In this document: in pieces, positions 19,294 to 27,938 of the stretch
Layout: every line of letters starts with the position of its first letter
Numbering within the stretch: the stretch's first letter is position 1
IMG/VR virus record: IMGVR_UViG_2974621456_000001
Location: 4,870 to 68,869 of that record
DNA: 64,000 nt
From: a virus
Lineage: Duplodnaviria > Caudoviricetes
Direction: 5' to 3' (one strand)
The notes under the pieces: model-generated
Databases searched by the model: none
What the model saw: the letters and a program-made list of their open reading frames with translations, nothing else
What the model was told of the DNA's origin: nothing
Program-made: the position numbers and the translations under genes

Positions 19294-20849
19294 GCTTTCG
19301 CGTTGTAAACGGCAATACGCACACTGAAAACGGTTGGCGTTGCTGCAATCGTGATGAGTGCGGAATTGTTGATATTGCCGATCTGTTCCTGACAGAGACG
19401 GCACCGTTGCGCAATGGCGCTCCCCTGATAATCCTTGGGGCATGGCTCTTTTGGTATGACCGCAACGTTGAAGAGATCGTTTCGTCCGTTTGGGGATGGT
19501 CCCTCAACAACGACGTTCTAGGTCAGCCAGGACGAAACAACGGCTCAAATCACTTGAGCGGCACGGCAGTTGATGTAAACGCTCCAAAATATCCTTGGGG
19601 TCTCTATCGGATGACCGATGACAAAATCGCCAAAGTTCGTGAAGGACTTGAGCTTTTCCAAGGGTCGATCTTTTGGGGTCGTCGTTGGGGTGAGCTTGGG
19701 GTGAGCAAAGCCGATGAAATGCATTACCAAATGGCTTGGCCCGAAGGTGATCCCAGAAACGAAGCTTTCGCAGAAAAGTTGCGTAATGGATACCTTGGTA
19801 TCTATGGCACGGATACTGGAACTGAAACCCCAAGTAGCCCAAGGAAACCGGTGGTTCCTGGCCAGGGCGGGACATTCTGGAATGACGTAAGTCAGTATCA
19901 GGTCAAGCCGATTGACGAAAGCTATCCGCATAAGGTGTTTAGTTTCCGCACTAACTCTGGTGATGTGACCGATACCTTGGCCCTCCAAAACGCAAGGGCT
20001 GCAAAGACTTTGCTTGATTCAGGCCAGCTAGAGATTGTGATCCCGTATTACTTCTTTAGACCAGGGCAGGCGAATTGCGATCTTCATCGTGAAATCCTTG
20101 AAACGGCAGGGCTTTTCAATCATCCTCGTACCGTCTCGATGGTTGACGTTGAGGGTGACAAGGGAAGTGTTAAGGGCGACAACAGTATTGAAATCAATGA
20201 CGAAGTTACTCGTATGCGTGGATGGTACGGCAGTAATGATCGAGTCATCGGATACTTGAATTCTAATGCCGATCCGAATCTCTGGCCTACTCGCAACGGC
20301 ATCAATCTTGTTGTGCCGCAATACGGTAGGACTCCCGGCGATATCTCATCAATCAAAGATGCCACGGTGCGAACGGATGCCATTGCGCACCAATACACTT
20401 CAACAGCCACAGATCAAAGCCCTTGGATAGGTAGGTCTGTTGATGCTAACTGGTCACCCTATGACCTGTCAGAGTTGTTGGCGCTCTTCGGAATTCAGAA
20501 AGCAGAGGGATTATTTATGTACCTGACCAAGGATGAAGAATTTGCCATCCGTGACAAAATTCTTGGTTACAAGAGCATGGGTAACAAGTGGCCCGCCAGA
20601 GGTATTTTCGCGGATTCGCTTGAGGGAGTAGACGATACGGTTGGAATGTTGCTGAATTCTGATGGCAACATTTGGGACGTACTCGTTATCCTTGGCGCGC
20701 TTTCTGGTGTCTCTGAACACATTTCGCGCATCGAACGCTTGGCGAATGGCCAGGGTCCACGTGGTAAGGAAGAAAGGTTTGTGAAAATTGCCCAAGAACT
20801 TTTACGATTTATTCAAGCGAAAGATGAAGGGACAGAAGACAATGCCTAA
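19290..20849 (+). CDS. lysA: lysin A (M15-like peptidase plus GH25-like muramidase)
   Basis: SNHLSGTAVDVNA...DEMHY peptidase motif; DVSQYQ...YFFRP...VDVEG GH25-like motifs; first gene of the lysis cassette. Confidence 0.9.
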   Translation: MSFRVVNGNTHTENGWRCCNRDECGIVDIADLFLTETAPLRNGAPLIILGAWLFWYDRNVEEIVSSVWGWSLNNDVLGQPGRNNGSNHLSGTAVDVNAPKYPWGLYRMTDDKIAKVREGLELFQGSIFWGRRWGELGVSKADEMHYQMAWPEGDPRNEAFAEKLRNGYLGIYGTDTGTETPSSPRKPVVPGQGGTFWNDVSQYQVKPIDESYPHKVFSFRTNSGDVTDTLALQNARAAKTLLDSGQLEIVIPYYFFRPGQANCDLHREILETAGLFNHPRTVSMVDVEGDKGSVKGDNSIEINDEVTRMRGWYGSNDRVIGYLNSNADPNLWPTRNGINLVVPQYGRTPGDISSIKDATVRTDAIAHQYTSTATDQSPWIGRSVDANWSPYDLSELLALFGIQKAEGLFMYLTKDEEFAIRDKILGYKSMGNKWPARGIFADSLEGVDDTVGMLLNSDGNIWDVLVILGALSGVSEHISRIERLANGQGPRGKEERFVKIAQELLRFIQAKDEGTEDNA

Positions 20850-21255
20850 CTTGGTGGTACCTACCAACGGAATCATGCCCCTCAAAACGCTTGATGACTG
20901 GCGGGCTATGTTCCACCAAATCGTGCCGATCATCGTTACAGCTTTGGTTACTGCGAATGTTGTCACGGATTCTCAAGTGACGCTTTGGCTTCCGTTTGTT
21001 TTTGCTATTGCTGATAACCTCTTGTCAGTTGGCAATGCGAAAGATCGGATACGCAAGGCCATCTATGGACTCTTTGCGCTCTTGCAGGGAAGTTCAGCTG
21101 TAGCAACAGTTCTCGTCAATCATCAAGAGTTGACCCCGATAGCAACCGCTGGAATCGCCATCCTGTCAGGCATTTTCAGCAACTTCTACACTCCAACGTC
21201 CACTATGCAACCAGCAATGCGTGTTGGTGCTGATGTGAAAGATGTTGAGGGATAG
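20842..21255 (+). CDS. holin (putative)
   Basis: About four hydrophobic helices, directly after lysA. Confidence 0.65.
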   Translation: MPNLVVPTNGIMPLKTLDDWRAMFHQIVPIIVTALVTANVVTDSQVTLWLPFVFAIADNLLSVGNAKDRIRKAIYGLFALLQGSSAVATVLVNHQELTPIATAGIAILSGIFSNFYTPTSTMQPAMRVGADVKDVEG

Positions 21256-21519
21256 GTGTTTACGCGGATAGCAAGGGCAACGGTGATGGTCATAATTTTC
21301 TTGAGCCTCACCGTTGCCTCTGCATCTGCACAGCCGACAACTACTCAAGAGCCAAGCCCAATGATTAAGTGTCGCAATAATTCTCATGTTTGGAATCCTG
21401 AACAATGTGATAGGCCAGCACCTTTCACTATTGGCGGTGGGGGATCGGGGCAAGGTCGTGGTGGGCTACTCGGAACAATCGGCGGGATCATTGACCGCGT
21501 GACAGGGGGCATTTTGTGA
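21256..21519 (+). CDS. small secreted protein in lysis cassette
   Basis: Signal-peptide-like N-terminus ending ASASA-Q; Gly-rich C-terminus. Confidence 0.5.
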   Translation: MFTRIARATVMVIIFLSLTVASASAQPTTTQEPSPMIKCRNNSHVWNPEQCDRPAPFTIGGGGSGQGRGGLLGTIGGIIDRVTGGIL

Positions 21520-22013
21520 TACGTCGAATTTTGCGAAAGTTCTTGCCTGACAAGGCTTTCCAAAAGCCGAATCGACTGGACCACGGACGCATGTATATGT
21601 GCGTTACGGTAGGGTTGTTTTTGACCTCATTGTCCATGATTATGCTTGGGCCACTGCCTAATTCGACTATCTCTAGACTCAGTGAATTTACGCAAACGTC
21701 AATGGCCTATGTTCTTTCCCTATGCTCTGCAACGTGCCTTGTTGGAATCTTTAGGGGCACAAGGTTTTTCATGCCAAGGGCTGATCTTCGGGACTCTTAC
21801 CTGATGGCTAAGTGGTCTATCCCTGGTATCGGGGCAAGCCTAGGAACGTATGTGGTTGCGATCTTCGTTAATTATGGGTCTATCTGGCTTTCTACGGTTT
21901 CAGGCAGCATTGGGGCATCGATCTTAATTGGAAGTCTTTGGAACGGTTGGGATTTCGCAAACGAGATTGATCGGCTTGATGCTGAATTAAAGAATGAGGT
22001 CAAGTCGGAATGA
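21516..22013 (+). CDS. membrane protein (about 4 TM)
   Basis: Four hydrophobic segments; overlaps both neighbours. Confidence 0.65.
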   Translation: MIRRILRKFLPDKAFQKPNRLDHGRMYMCVTVGLFLTSLSMIMLGPLPNSTISRLSEFTQTSMAYVLSLCSATCLVGIFRGTRFFMPRADLRDSYLMAKWSIPGIGASLGTYVVAIFVNYGSIWLSTVSGSIGASILIGSLWNGWDFANEIDRLDAELKNEVKSE

Positions 22014-22477
22014 ACAGTTGGCTAGAAGGTGTTGGGATCATCGTCGCAGCGGTGGTTTCCCTTGCTGGCCTTGCCCTTTCAATACGTAACCGCAAAAGAG
22101 ACACGAAAGCTGTTGAGGCCAAGACGAATCTAGATGAAGCGCAACAAGCTTCAATCGTCAAACAACTAGCGGACTCTACAGAACAGATGTACTTAAAGCG
22201 TTTAGAGAGCTTCAAAGACGACGTTCGTTTGATGAGAAGCGAATTGGATGCTTCCCGAACGGATTCCGAATCGTCAAGACAAGAGGCCAGAAGAGCACGA
22301 GACGAAGCACGTAAAGCACGTGAAGAATCCTCGTTGTTTGAAGACTTCTTTTTCAATCATCACTCTAAGTGGGATCGATCTTTGATGATGATTGCACGCG
22401 AAAATGGTTGGGAAATACCCGATCCTCCAAGCTGGCTGATGTTCCTAAAATCGAAAGGGCATAACGAACATGAGTGA
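22010..22477 (+). CDS. membrane-anchored coiled-coil protein
   Basis: N-terminal TM helix followed by a coiled coil. Confidence 0.65.
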   Translation: MNSWLEGVGIIVAAVVSLAGLALSIRNRKRDTKAVEAKTNLDEAQQASIVKQLADSTEQMYLKRLESFKDDVRLMRSELDASRTDSESSRQEARRARDEARKAREESSLFEDFFFNHHSKWDRSLMMIARENGWEIPDPPSWLMFLKSKGHNEHE

Positions 22478-23396
22478 CCGAATCTTTTTCTTGTGGCTAC
22501 CCGGTACGTGGGAAGTTGATTCATTGAAGGCTGAAAACCCAAGTGCTACAAACTTTGTCGGTTTGGGCAAGTGGTTGGTTGATGACCGATTCCCAGATCG
22601 ATTGCCGCTCAACATCTTTGAGCCAATCATGCTTTGCCCGCCGGATTACATGGCCAGCTTTGGACCTATCCCGGCAGCGGGTTCATCGATCTTTTCAGCG
22701 TGGAATCACTTGAGCTACAAGGAATCTGTGCTTGATGCTGTAGAGCACTCGGTTGATGTGATCCTGAAACTTCCAACCGATAGGCCGATCATCATTGGTG
22801 GTTACTCCCAAGGTGCAGAGGTTGCCGAACGTCTCAAGGCAGAATTTTTGCCCGGTGGTCGTTTGTCTAGCTATTTTCTTTTGGCGCACTACACCTTTGG
22901 GAATCCTGGTAGGCCACAAGGGGTTACGTTCCCGAACGGAAACACGTTGCCTTGGGGTGGTATCTCAAACCTGAATATCCCTACGCCACAAGGGACTTTC
23001 TACCGTTCGTATGCGTTCTATGATGACATGTACGCCAATGCAAACCCGAAGAGCTACCTGTTTGAGTTCTACGACGGTCTGACTGACCTACAGTTTCACG
23101 ATCCTTTTAAGGCAGTGAAAGATGTTGTGGGAGTTGTCACTAAGTCTGATCTGATGATCCTTGCAGGGGCACAACCAACTAACCCGTTTTGGGTTGTCAC
23201 CCACATTCCACAGTTCATCGATATCAGCACTAAGGCAGTCAATTCCCTTGATGCCCTTGCCCGTTTCGCATCTTCTGGTGCTCATGGCCACTATGGCGAT
23301 TGGGAAATCATTCCTGGTTTTACTCCGATTTTCCACTGCATCCGTTCAGCGAAGTACGCAGCGAAAGGAATTGGCTATGCGGTCCCGGGAATCTAA
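22470..23396 (+). CDS. lysB: lysin B (cutinase-like mycolylarabinogalactan esterase)
   Basis: GGYSQGA nucleophile elbow, FGNPGR motif, D and H triad candidates. Confidence 0.9.
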   Translation: MSDRIFFLWLPGTWEVDSLKAENPSATNFVGLGKWLVDDRFPDRLPLNIFEPIMLCPPDYMASFGPIPAAGSSIFSAWNHLSYKESVLDAVEHSVDVILKLPTDRPIIIGGYSQGAEVAERLKAEFLPGGRLSSYFLLAHYTFGNPGRPQGVTFPNGNTLPWGGISNLNIPTPQGTFYRSYAFYDDMYANANPKSYLFEFYDGLTDLQFHDPFKAVKDVVGVVTKSDLMILAGAQPTNPFWVVTHIPQFIDISTKAVNSLDALARFASSGAHGHYGDWEIIPGFTPIFHCIRSAKYAAKGIGYAVPGI

Positions 23397-23544
23397 AGAA
23401 CAACTGACAGAACAACTTTCGTTGTTTGGGCTCAAACCAACCAAGTCCATAGCGAAGCAAAAGCCAGGCGGGGTAGTCATCGAACTACTCGAAATCGCAG
23501 AGCCACCAAAGCAATTCATTAACTATGGTAGGGGTGAACGATGA
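23377..23544 (+). CDS. small hypothetical protein
   Basis: ATG at 23377 with GAAAGGA RBS; ATGA overlap with the next gene. Confidence 0.45.
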   Translation: MRSRESKEQLTEQLSLFGLKPTKSIAKQKPGGVVIELLEIAEPPKQFINYGRGER

Positions 23545-24011
23545 GTGACGAAGAGGTTGGAGTGCCGACGAACGTTGTTGATGTTGGTCTGAACATGGAC
23601 CCTGAAACAGCGCTTTACGTTGGGGTACTTGAAGGTACGATTGCGGCACTGGTCATCAATGAGTGCAAGTATCGGGCTTTCCTAGAGCTTCTGACCGATG
23701 AATCTTGGGAGGATACAAAGCTTGATATTGACGGAAACCAGTTGATGGCTATAGCTGTAACAGCTTTGGTCAAACAAACCGGTATGGATCGAGTCAGGGC
23801 ACAAGTTCTAGTTGCTCAAAGATGGCAAAAACGGAACCTTCCAACGGAAACTGTTCTCCCGCAAGCGGTTCCGGTTGAGGCAATGACAACTGACCAAAAC
23901 CGTCCACAGGTTGCCAGTTTCGCCAAACCTGATATGTCCCAACGGGTTAAGGCATGGAAAGAACGTCAAAAGGCAGATGCTGCAAGCATTCCCGATGACC
24001 AGATTGGTTAG
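23541..24011 (+). CDS. hypothetical protein
   Basis: 156 aa, last gene before the 24.0 kb hairpin. Confidence 0.65.
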   Translation: MSDEEVGVPTNVVDVGLNMDPETALYVGVLEGTIAALVINECKYRAFLELLTDESWEDTKLDIDGNQLMAIAVTALVKQTGMDRVRAQVLVAQRWQKRNLPTETVLPQAVPVEAMTTDQNRPQVASFAKPDMSQRVKAWKERQKADAASIPDDQIG

Positions 24012-24022
24012 CTGGACCTTCA

Positions 24023-24079
24023 ACGAAAGCCCTTGTCTAGCAAGCGATTTTAATTGTCTTGTGGGACAAGGGCTTTCGT
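24023..24079 (+). terminator. terminator-like hairpin ending the structural/lysis unit
   Basis: Perfect 15-bp inverted repeat ACGAAAGCCCTTGTC / GACAAGGGCTTTCGT with a 27-nt loop. Confidence 0.6.
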
Positions 24080-24265
24080 GTGTCCAAGTGCCCCAAAAGT
24101 GGCCCGAATCATAGGTAACTGAAACTAAATCTGTGATTTGTGTCACGTTGCTAGAAAAAGCAAAAATGAACCCTGACCAGCACAAATAGACAATGCCGGC
24201 CGTTTGCTGATTAACCTAGCTGATCTAATCATGGGTTTGCTAGAGGCCATTTTGGCTTGACAGGA

Positions 24266-24274
24266 TGCTAGGAT
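24266..24274 (+). promoter_or_regulatory. candidate extended -10 promoter (TGC-TAGGAT)
   Basis: TGn-TANNNT match just before the structured leader; no properly spaced -35. Confidence 0.3.
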
Positions 24275-24280
24275 GGTCGA

Positions 24281-24912
24281 AGACCACCCCGGTTCGCCAG
24301 GGGGGTTAGCCGGAAAGCCCACCGTCGGGAGACAGGGGATGTCGCTACCGGTAGGGCACTCGCAGCACACCAGCGCTGAACGAGGTTCCGGTTTGAAACC
24401 CGGCACCGTGAGACCAAAGCCTGAATCAAGGGAGAGAAAACCCGCAAGTTCTGTCGCAAAAGTGTTGAACCACAACGGTTCTCCGGCGATTCGTCACTGA
24501 TGAACTAAACGAATTGAGCTTGCTTATATAGGCCAGAACGAAATCCAAAGAGTAACAAGGGAATTCAACTAGCGATAACGGATCGTCGGGAGACGTACCG
24601 GAGTCATCCAACCGGATGCCCGCTAAAGCCAGACATGGTGTGACTGACTGAACCTTGGGATGGTATGGAAGACGGACGAAGGCTGAAATACGTTGTGGCA
24701 GTTAAGGTTTAATGCCCTAAGAGATAGAATCCCCCAAAAGCTCAAGCGCGATGGAATGGCGCTATCCGCTCCAAACCCTCTGTGGCACAACGTTTTCCAT
24801 CCATCCTCGGTGCAACTTCGGTTGCACCTTTAAGGTATCCAATTGAAAGCTTGGGTGCCTCAATGGTGCAATTTGAAAGTGGTTGTGTCACAACCTGATC
24901 CCCACACTTTCA
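24281..24912 (+). ncRNA. large structured non-coding leader / ncRNA candidate
   Basis: Two UUCG tetraloop hairpins, two GTC-GGGA-GAC GNRA hairpins, a 16-bp long-range helix, and stems whose imperfect pairs are G-U on the + strand; no credible CDS. Confidence 0.6.
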
Positions 24913-24928
24913 CTAGGAGGATGAACGA

Positions 24929-25147
24929 ATGATGAAGAGCAAGCGCATTCAGGCCGGTCTTTACCGTGTCACCCTTGAAAATGGGGATGAGTACACGGTA
25001 AACCAAATTCGTACTGATGCAGCAGGTTACGGCATTGAAAATCTTTGGTGGGTCTCACCTTCCGGAGAATTTACCCCGCCGTGCTACTTCGACCCTTTCT
25101 ATACGAAAGGTGAAGCGCTCCACCAACTTTCGCTTCTGGAAGCCTGA
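24929..25147 (+). CDS. accessory hypothetical protein (first gene of the array)
   Basis: GGAGGATG RBS; 72 aa. Confidence 0.7.
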   Translation: MMKSKRIQAGLYRVTLENGDEYTVNQIRTDAAGYGIENLWWVSPSGEFTPPCYFDPFYTKGEALHQLSLLEA

Positions 25148-25184
25148 ACGGTTCTACCGGGGTTCGATTCCCCGGCAGGCACGA
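25142..25184 (+). ncRNA. tRNA-like mini-module M1
   Basis: GCCTG-aacggttcta-CCGGGG-ttcgatt-CCCCGG-CAGGC-acga. Confidence 0.8.
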
Positions 25185-25231
25185 AAGTCCTTGACTCCCA
25201 AGGGCTTAACAATAAAACAAAGGATGGAATC

Positions 25232-25465
25232 ATGGAGATTACCTCAAATCGGAAGGCCATTGCGGAAGCTGCCGAAAAAGCAGGATTCCAAAGGGTTTTC
25301 ACTCCCCACTTTGATGTTTATCGCAAGGGAGACAACGAGATTGAGATTTTCTACTTCTCTACCGGCAGGCTCAAGGGAACATTTATTGAGTACATGCAAA
25401 AAGAGAAGATCACCAAGGTTGGCCCGATTCTAGATTACTTCCGAATCATGGCCAATCAGAGCTGA
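25232..25465 (+). CDS. accessory hypothetical protein
   Basis: AGGATGGAA leader; 77 aa. Confidence 0.75.
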   Translation: MEITSNRKAIAEAAEKAGFQRVFTPHFDVYRKGDNEIEIFYFSTGRLKGTFIEYMQKEKITKVGPILDYFRIMANQS

Positions 25466-25472
25466 ATCGAAC

Positions 25473-25508
25473 TTGGCCACTCTCGAAAGAGAGTGTGCCA
25501 CTGGTCAA
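25473..25508 (+). other. non-T-loop structured spacer (GAAA tetraloop)
   Basis: CACTCTC-GAAA-GAGAGTG inside an outer TTGGCC/GGTCAA helix; followed by the A/C tract and AGGATGGAA. Confidence 0.65.
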
Positions 25509-25544
25509 TTCAGACCGACCCAAAACAATACAAAGGATGGAATC

Positions 25545-25814
25545 ATGGCTACGATCACGGGAAAGCTGCACTGCTGCGACGATTGCGCGATGGCAATTGC
25601 CAACGGTGACACTTCTGGCCTTGACTACCACGGTGACGAATACCGTGCCAAGTGGGAAGCTGGTGTAGAAGCAAGCAAAGATGAACTGCCGGAAGGCTAT
25701 CCGGTCATTGCTTGCCCCGAAGATTGCGACGGTTCAGACAAGCGAGAGTTCATGTGTGACTATTGCAGCCGCAACGTCTACTCTCACAAGTTTGACCTTG
25801 TATTTCTGAACTAA
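25545..25814 (+). CDS. accessory Cys-rich (Zn-binding) protein
   Basis: AGGATGGAA leader; HCCDDC...CPEDC...CDYC. Confidence 0.75.
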   Translation: MATITGKLHCCDDCAMAIANGDTSGLDYHGDEYRAKWEAGVEASKDELPEGYPVIACPEDCDGSDKREFMCDYCSRNVYSHKFDLVFLN

Positions 25815-25823
25815 TCACCAACA

Positions 25824-25867
25824 GCCGCAACGGTTTACGTATGGGTTCGATTCCCATAGCGGCACGT
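25824..25867 (+). ncRNA. tRNA-like mini-module M2
   Basis: GCCGC-aacggtttacg-TATGGG-ttcgatt-CCCATA-GCGGC-acgt. Confidence 0.8.
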
Positions 25868-25912
25868 CGTACTGACCAAAAAGGTTGGTACAAAACAAAA
25901 TAGGATGGAAAG

Positions 25913-26200
25913 ATGAGCAAGGTACTTTCTCCCGGTGAAGCAATGCGTATCGGTGATTTGCTGAATTCCATTGCGACAAAAGCGAAAATCACCTGGGTTC
26001 GGGAAGATGGCCAAATCTGCAAGGGTGAGCTTCGTTGCTTGATTCAAAGCAAGGACAGTTTCGCTCAATTGCCTTGGGGCACAGACGTTCGTGATGCTTG
26101 GGTGTGGATCACTTCCGGTGATTTTGAATACACAGAAAGCGTTGAACGTCTCGTGAAACTCATGGACGAAGGTGGTTTCGTGACGGATAATCCGCGCTAA
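25913..26200 (+). CDS. accessory hypothetical protein
   Basis: AGGATGGAA leader; 95 aa. Confidence 0.75.
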   Translation: MSKVLSPGEAMRIGDLLNSIATKAKITWVREDGQICKGELRCLIQSKDSFAQLPWGTDVRDAWVWITSGDFEYTESVERLVKLMDEGGFVTDNPR

Positions 26201-26209
26201 TCACCAACA

Positions 26210-26253
26210 GGGACAACGGTTTTCGGGTAGGTTCGATTCCTACCGTCCCACGA
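26210..26253 (+). ncRNA. tRNA-like mini-module M3
   Basis: GGGAC-aacggttttcg-GGTAGG-ttcgatt-CCTACC-GTCCC-acga. Confidence 0.8.
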
Positions 26254-26300
26254 AGTCAACCAATTCGGTTGGCTAACAATGAAATACAAAGGATGGAATC

Positions 26301-26585
26301 ATGGCTGACGTTACCTCTGTGTTCTTTTGCGGCATGGGTTGCGGCAAGGTTGAGGTTGAACACTTCAACGATTGTGAGGGTCGAACCCTTTACGGTCGTG
26401 AATGGAAGTGCAAGTGTGGCAAGACAATTGACACTATCGGCGGCAGAGACGTTGAGTGCGATTGTGGAGCTTGCTACAACGGCTTTGGTCAACGGTTACG
26501 TAGCGGCTGGCGGGGCAACCCTTCAAACTACGATGACGAAATCGGAGACCTTGAAGGCTACGAAATGCAACACGCCAATGGCTAA
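26301..26585 (+). CDS. accessory Cys-rich (Zn-ribbon-like) protein
   Basis: AGGATGGAA leader; CGMGC, CKC and CDCGAC motifs. Confidence 0.75.
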   Translation: MADVTSVFFCGMGCGKVEVEHFNDCEGRTLYGREWKCKCGKTIDTIGGRDVECDCGACYNGFGQRLRSGWRGNPSNYDDEIGDLEGYEMQHANG

Positions 26586-26712
26586 GGTACTCAAGCTAAT
26601 TGAATGCCGTTACTGTCATCGGTTCGGGTTCAACGGGTTTGAGCCTGATCACCTTTTGGGTGGCTATCGATGCAAAGCCCGCAAGGCTTGCCAGAAGCGC
26701 ATAGGCAAGTAA
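26578..26712 (+). CDS. small basic Cys-rich protein (44 aa)
   Basis: ATG at 26578 overlapping the previous gene; CRYC...C...C. Confidence 0.5.
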   Translation: MAKVLKLIECRYCHRFGFNGFEPDHLLGGYRCKARKACQKRIGK

Positions 26713-26720
26713 ACCGAAAA

Positions 26721-26767
26721 GCCCTGAACTTAGCGACAATTCGAGTGCGAGTCTCGACAGGGCACGA
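26721..26767 (+). ncRNA. tRNA-like mini-module M4 (variant loop)
   Basis: GCCCTG-aacttagcgacaat-TCGAG-tgcgagt-CTCGA-CAGGGC-acga. Confidence 0.7.
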
Positions 26768-26811
26768 AAGTTGTTGATCCCCAACAGCTTACAAATTAAA
26801 AGGATGGAATC

Positions 26812-27168
26812 ATGATTCGTAACGATGCACTTCGTGAGTATTCAAACCTGTTGGAAGCCAACGGGTTTGCGATCTACGAATCGAAAGACCCGACATTTGA
26901 CTACTTCGTGTATTCACGAATGGTTGATGGTCGGGAATGCTTCGGGAGTGTTTCGTATGACCGGTTTGAGGGGTTCAACCACTCGATGCCGATCAAGCCA
27001 TCGCGGGAGCATGGTTCGTCCATGTTCATTGAGGGCATACGTCACCTAGAGGCAACGGTAGAGGCAGCAAAGAAGACTGCTAGCCCAACCAACAGCAACA
27101 AAGTTGTTGGGAGACACGAGAACTACCGCGATGAGTATTGGATTGAACGCTTGTACCTAAAGCGTTAA
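26812..27168 (+). CDS. accessory hypothetical protein
   Basis: AGGATGGAA leader; 118 aa. Confidence 0.75.
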   Translation: MIRNDALREYSNLLEANGFAIYESKDPTFDYFVYSRMVDGRECFGSVSYDRFEGFNHSMPIKPSREHGSSMFIEGIRHLEATVEAAKKTASPTNSNKVVGRHENYRDEYWIERLYLKR

Positions 27169-27212
27169 GCCCGAATGGTTTTCGGTCAGGTTCGATTCCT
27201 GACCGGGCACGA
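27169..27212 (+). ncRNA. tRNA-like mini-module M5
   Basis: GCCCG-aatggttttcg-GTCAGG-ttcgatt-CCTGAC-CGGGC-acga. Confidence 0.8.
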
Positions 27213-27256
27213 AACCTGTTGATCCCCAATAGGTTACAAATAAAAAGGATGGAATC

Positions 27257-27556
27257 ATGGCTGAGTATTCATTCCGTATTGAATCCGTTGATACTGAAGT
27301 GGCTTTCGATTGCGAAGCAGACCGGGCAGAACGTGAGGGATTTACCAACGTGGCAAAACGTCAGCGGGACAACGCTTTACATGTTCGCAATGCGGTTCAT
27401 CACATGCAAAAGATTTGCCCCGAAGGTTACCGTGTCGAGACGAAAATCGTTGTGTCACATGTGCCTAACGTCATTCCTGGTCTGAGAGACGACATTCGTA
27501 ACGGCACAAACCCTTGGTCAAAGGTCAATCATGATGCAATAATTCGTGGTGAGTGA
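27257..27556 (+). CDS. accessory hypothetical protein
   Basis: AGGATGGAA leader; 99 aa. Confidence 0.75.
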   Translation: MAEYSFRIESVDTEVAFDCEADRAEREGFTNVAKRQRDNALHVRNAVHHMQKICPEGYRVETKIVVSHVPNVIPGLRDDIRNGTNPWSKVNHDAIIRGE

Positions 27557-27566
27557 ATCATGGTTA

Positions 27567-27610
27567 GGGTGAACGGTTTTCGCTCCGGTTCGATTCCGGG
27601 GCACCCACGA
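27567..27610 (+). ncRNA. tRNA-like mini-module M6
   Basis: GGGTG-aacggttttcg-CTCCGG-ttcgatt-CCGGGG-CACCC-acga (one G-U pair). Confidence 0.8.
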
Positions 27611-27658
27611 GGCTGGACCGAATTCGGTTGGGCCACAACAGAAAAGGATGGAAGAGCG

Positions 27659-27841
27659 ATGGACAAAATTGTGGACCTTTCCACCAGTGAAGCAACCGCA
27701 CTCTTGCGGGAACTGGAACTGGCAAAGGCTCAATATGGCTTGCATAAGCTGGCAGTGTGCATCGATGGACCACATGTGAAATTCAAGGTGAATGAACACA
27801 CGTGGTCTCCCCCAATGGGAACACTCCGAGAATCGGAGTAA
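27659..27841 (+). CDS. accessory hypothetical protein (60 aa)
   Basis: ATG at 27659 after AGGATGGAA. Confidence 0.7.
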   Translation: MDKIVDLSTSEATALLRELELAKAQYGLHKLAVCIDGPHVKFKVNEHTWSPPMGTLRESE

Positions 27842-27849
27842 CCCAAAGA

Positions 27850-27893
27850 GCGCCAACGGTTTTCGTGATGGTTCGATTCCATCAGGCGCACGG
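27850..27893 (+). ncRNA. tRNA-like mini-module M7
   Basis: GCGCC-aacggttttcg-TGATGG-ttcgatt-CCATCA-GGCGC-acgg. Confidence 0.8.
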
Positions 27894-27938
27894 TACGTGA
27901 CGAATTTCGTTGCGTCACAACAGAAAGAGGATGGAACA

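Noticed and set aside
24257-24285. Perfect TTGACA -35 box
   Set aside because: No TANNNT lies 16-18 nt downstream; TAGGAT is only 6 nt away. Kept only as a weak extended -10 candidate.
24273-24500. 75-aa + strand ORF and overlapping minus-strand ORFs in the leader
   Set aside because: No RBS, atypical composition, and they coincide with tetraloop hairpins.
24497-24543. Hammerhead ribozyme (CTGATGA ... CGAAA)
   Set aside because: Stem II would open with an A-C mismatch, and I could not build stems I and III.
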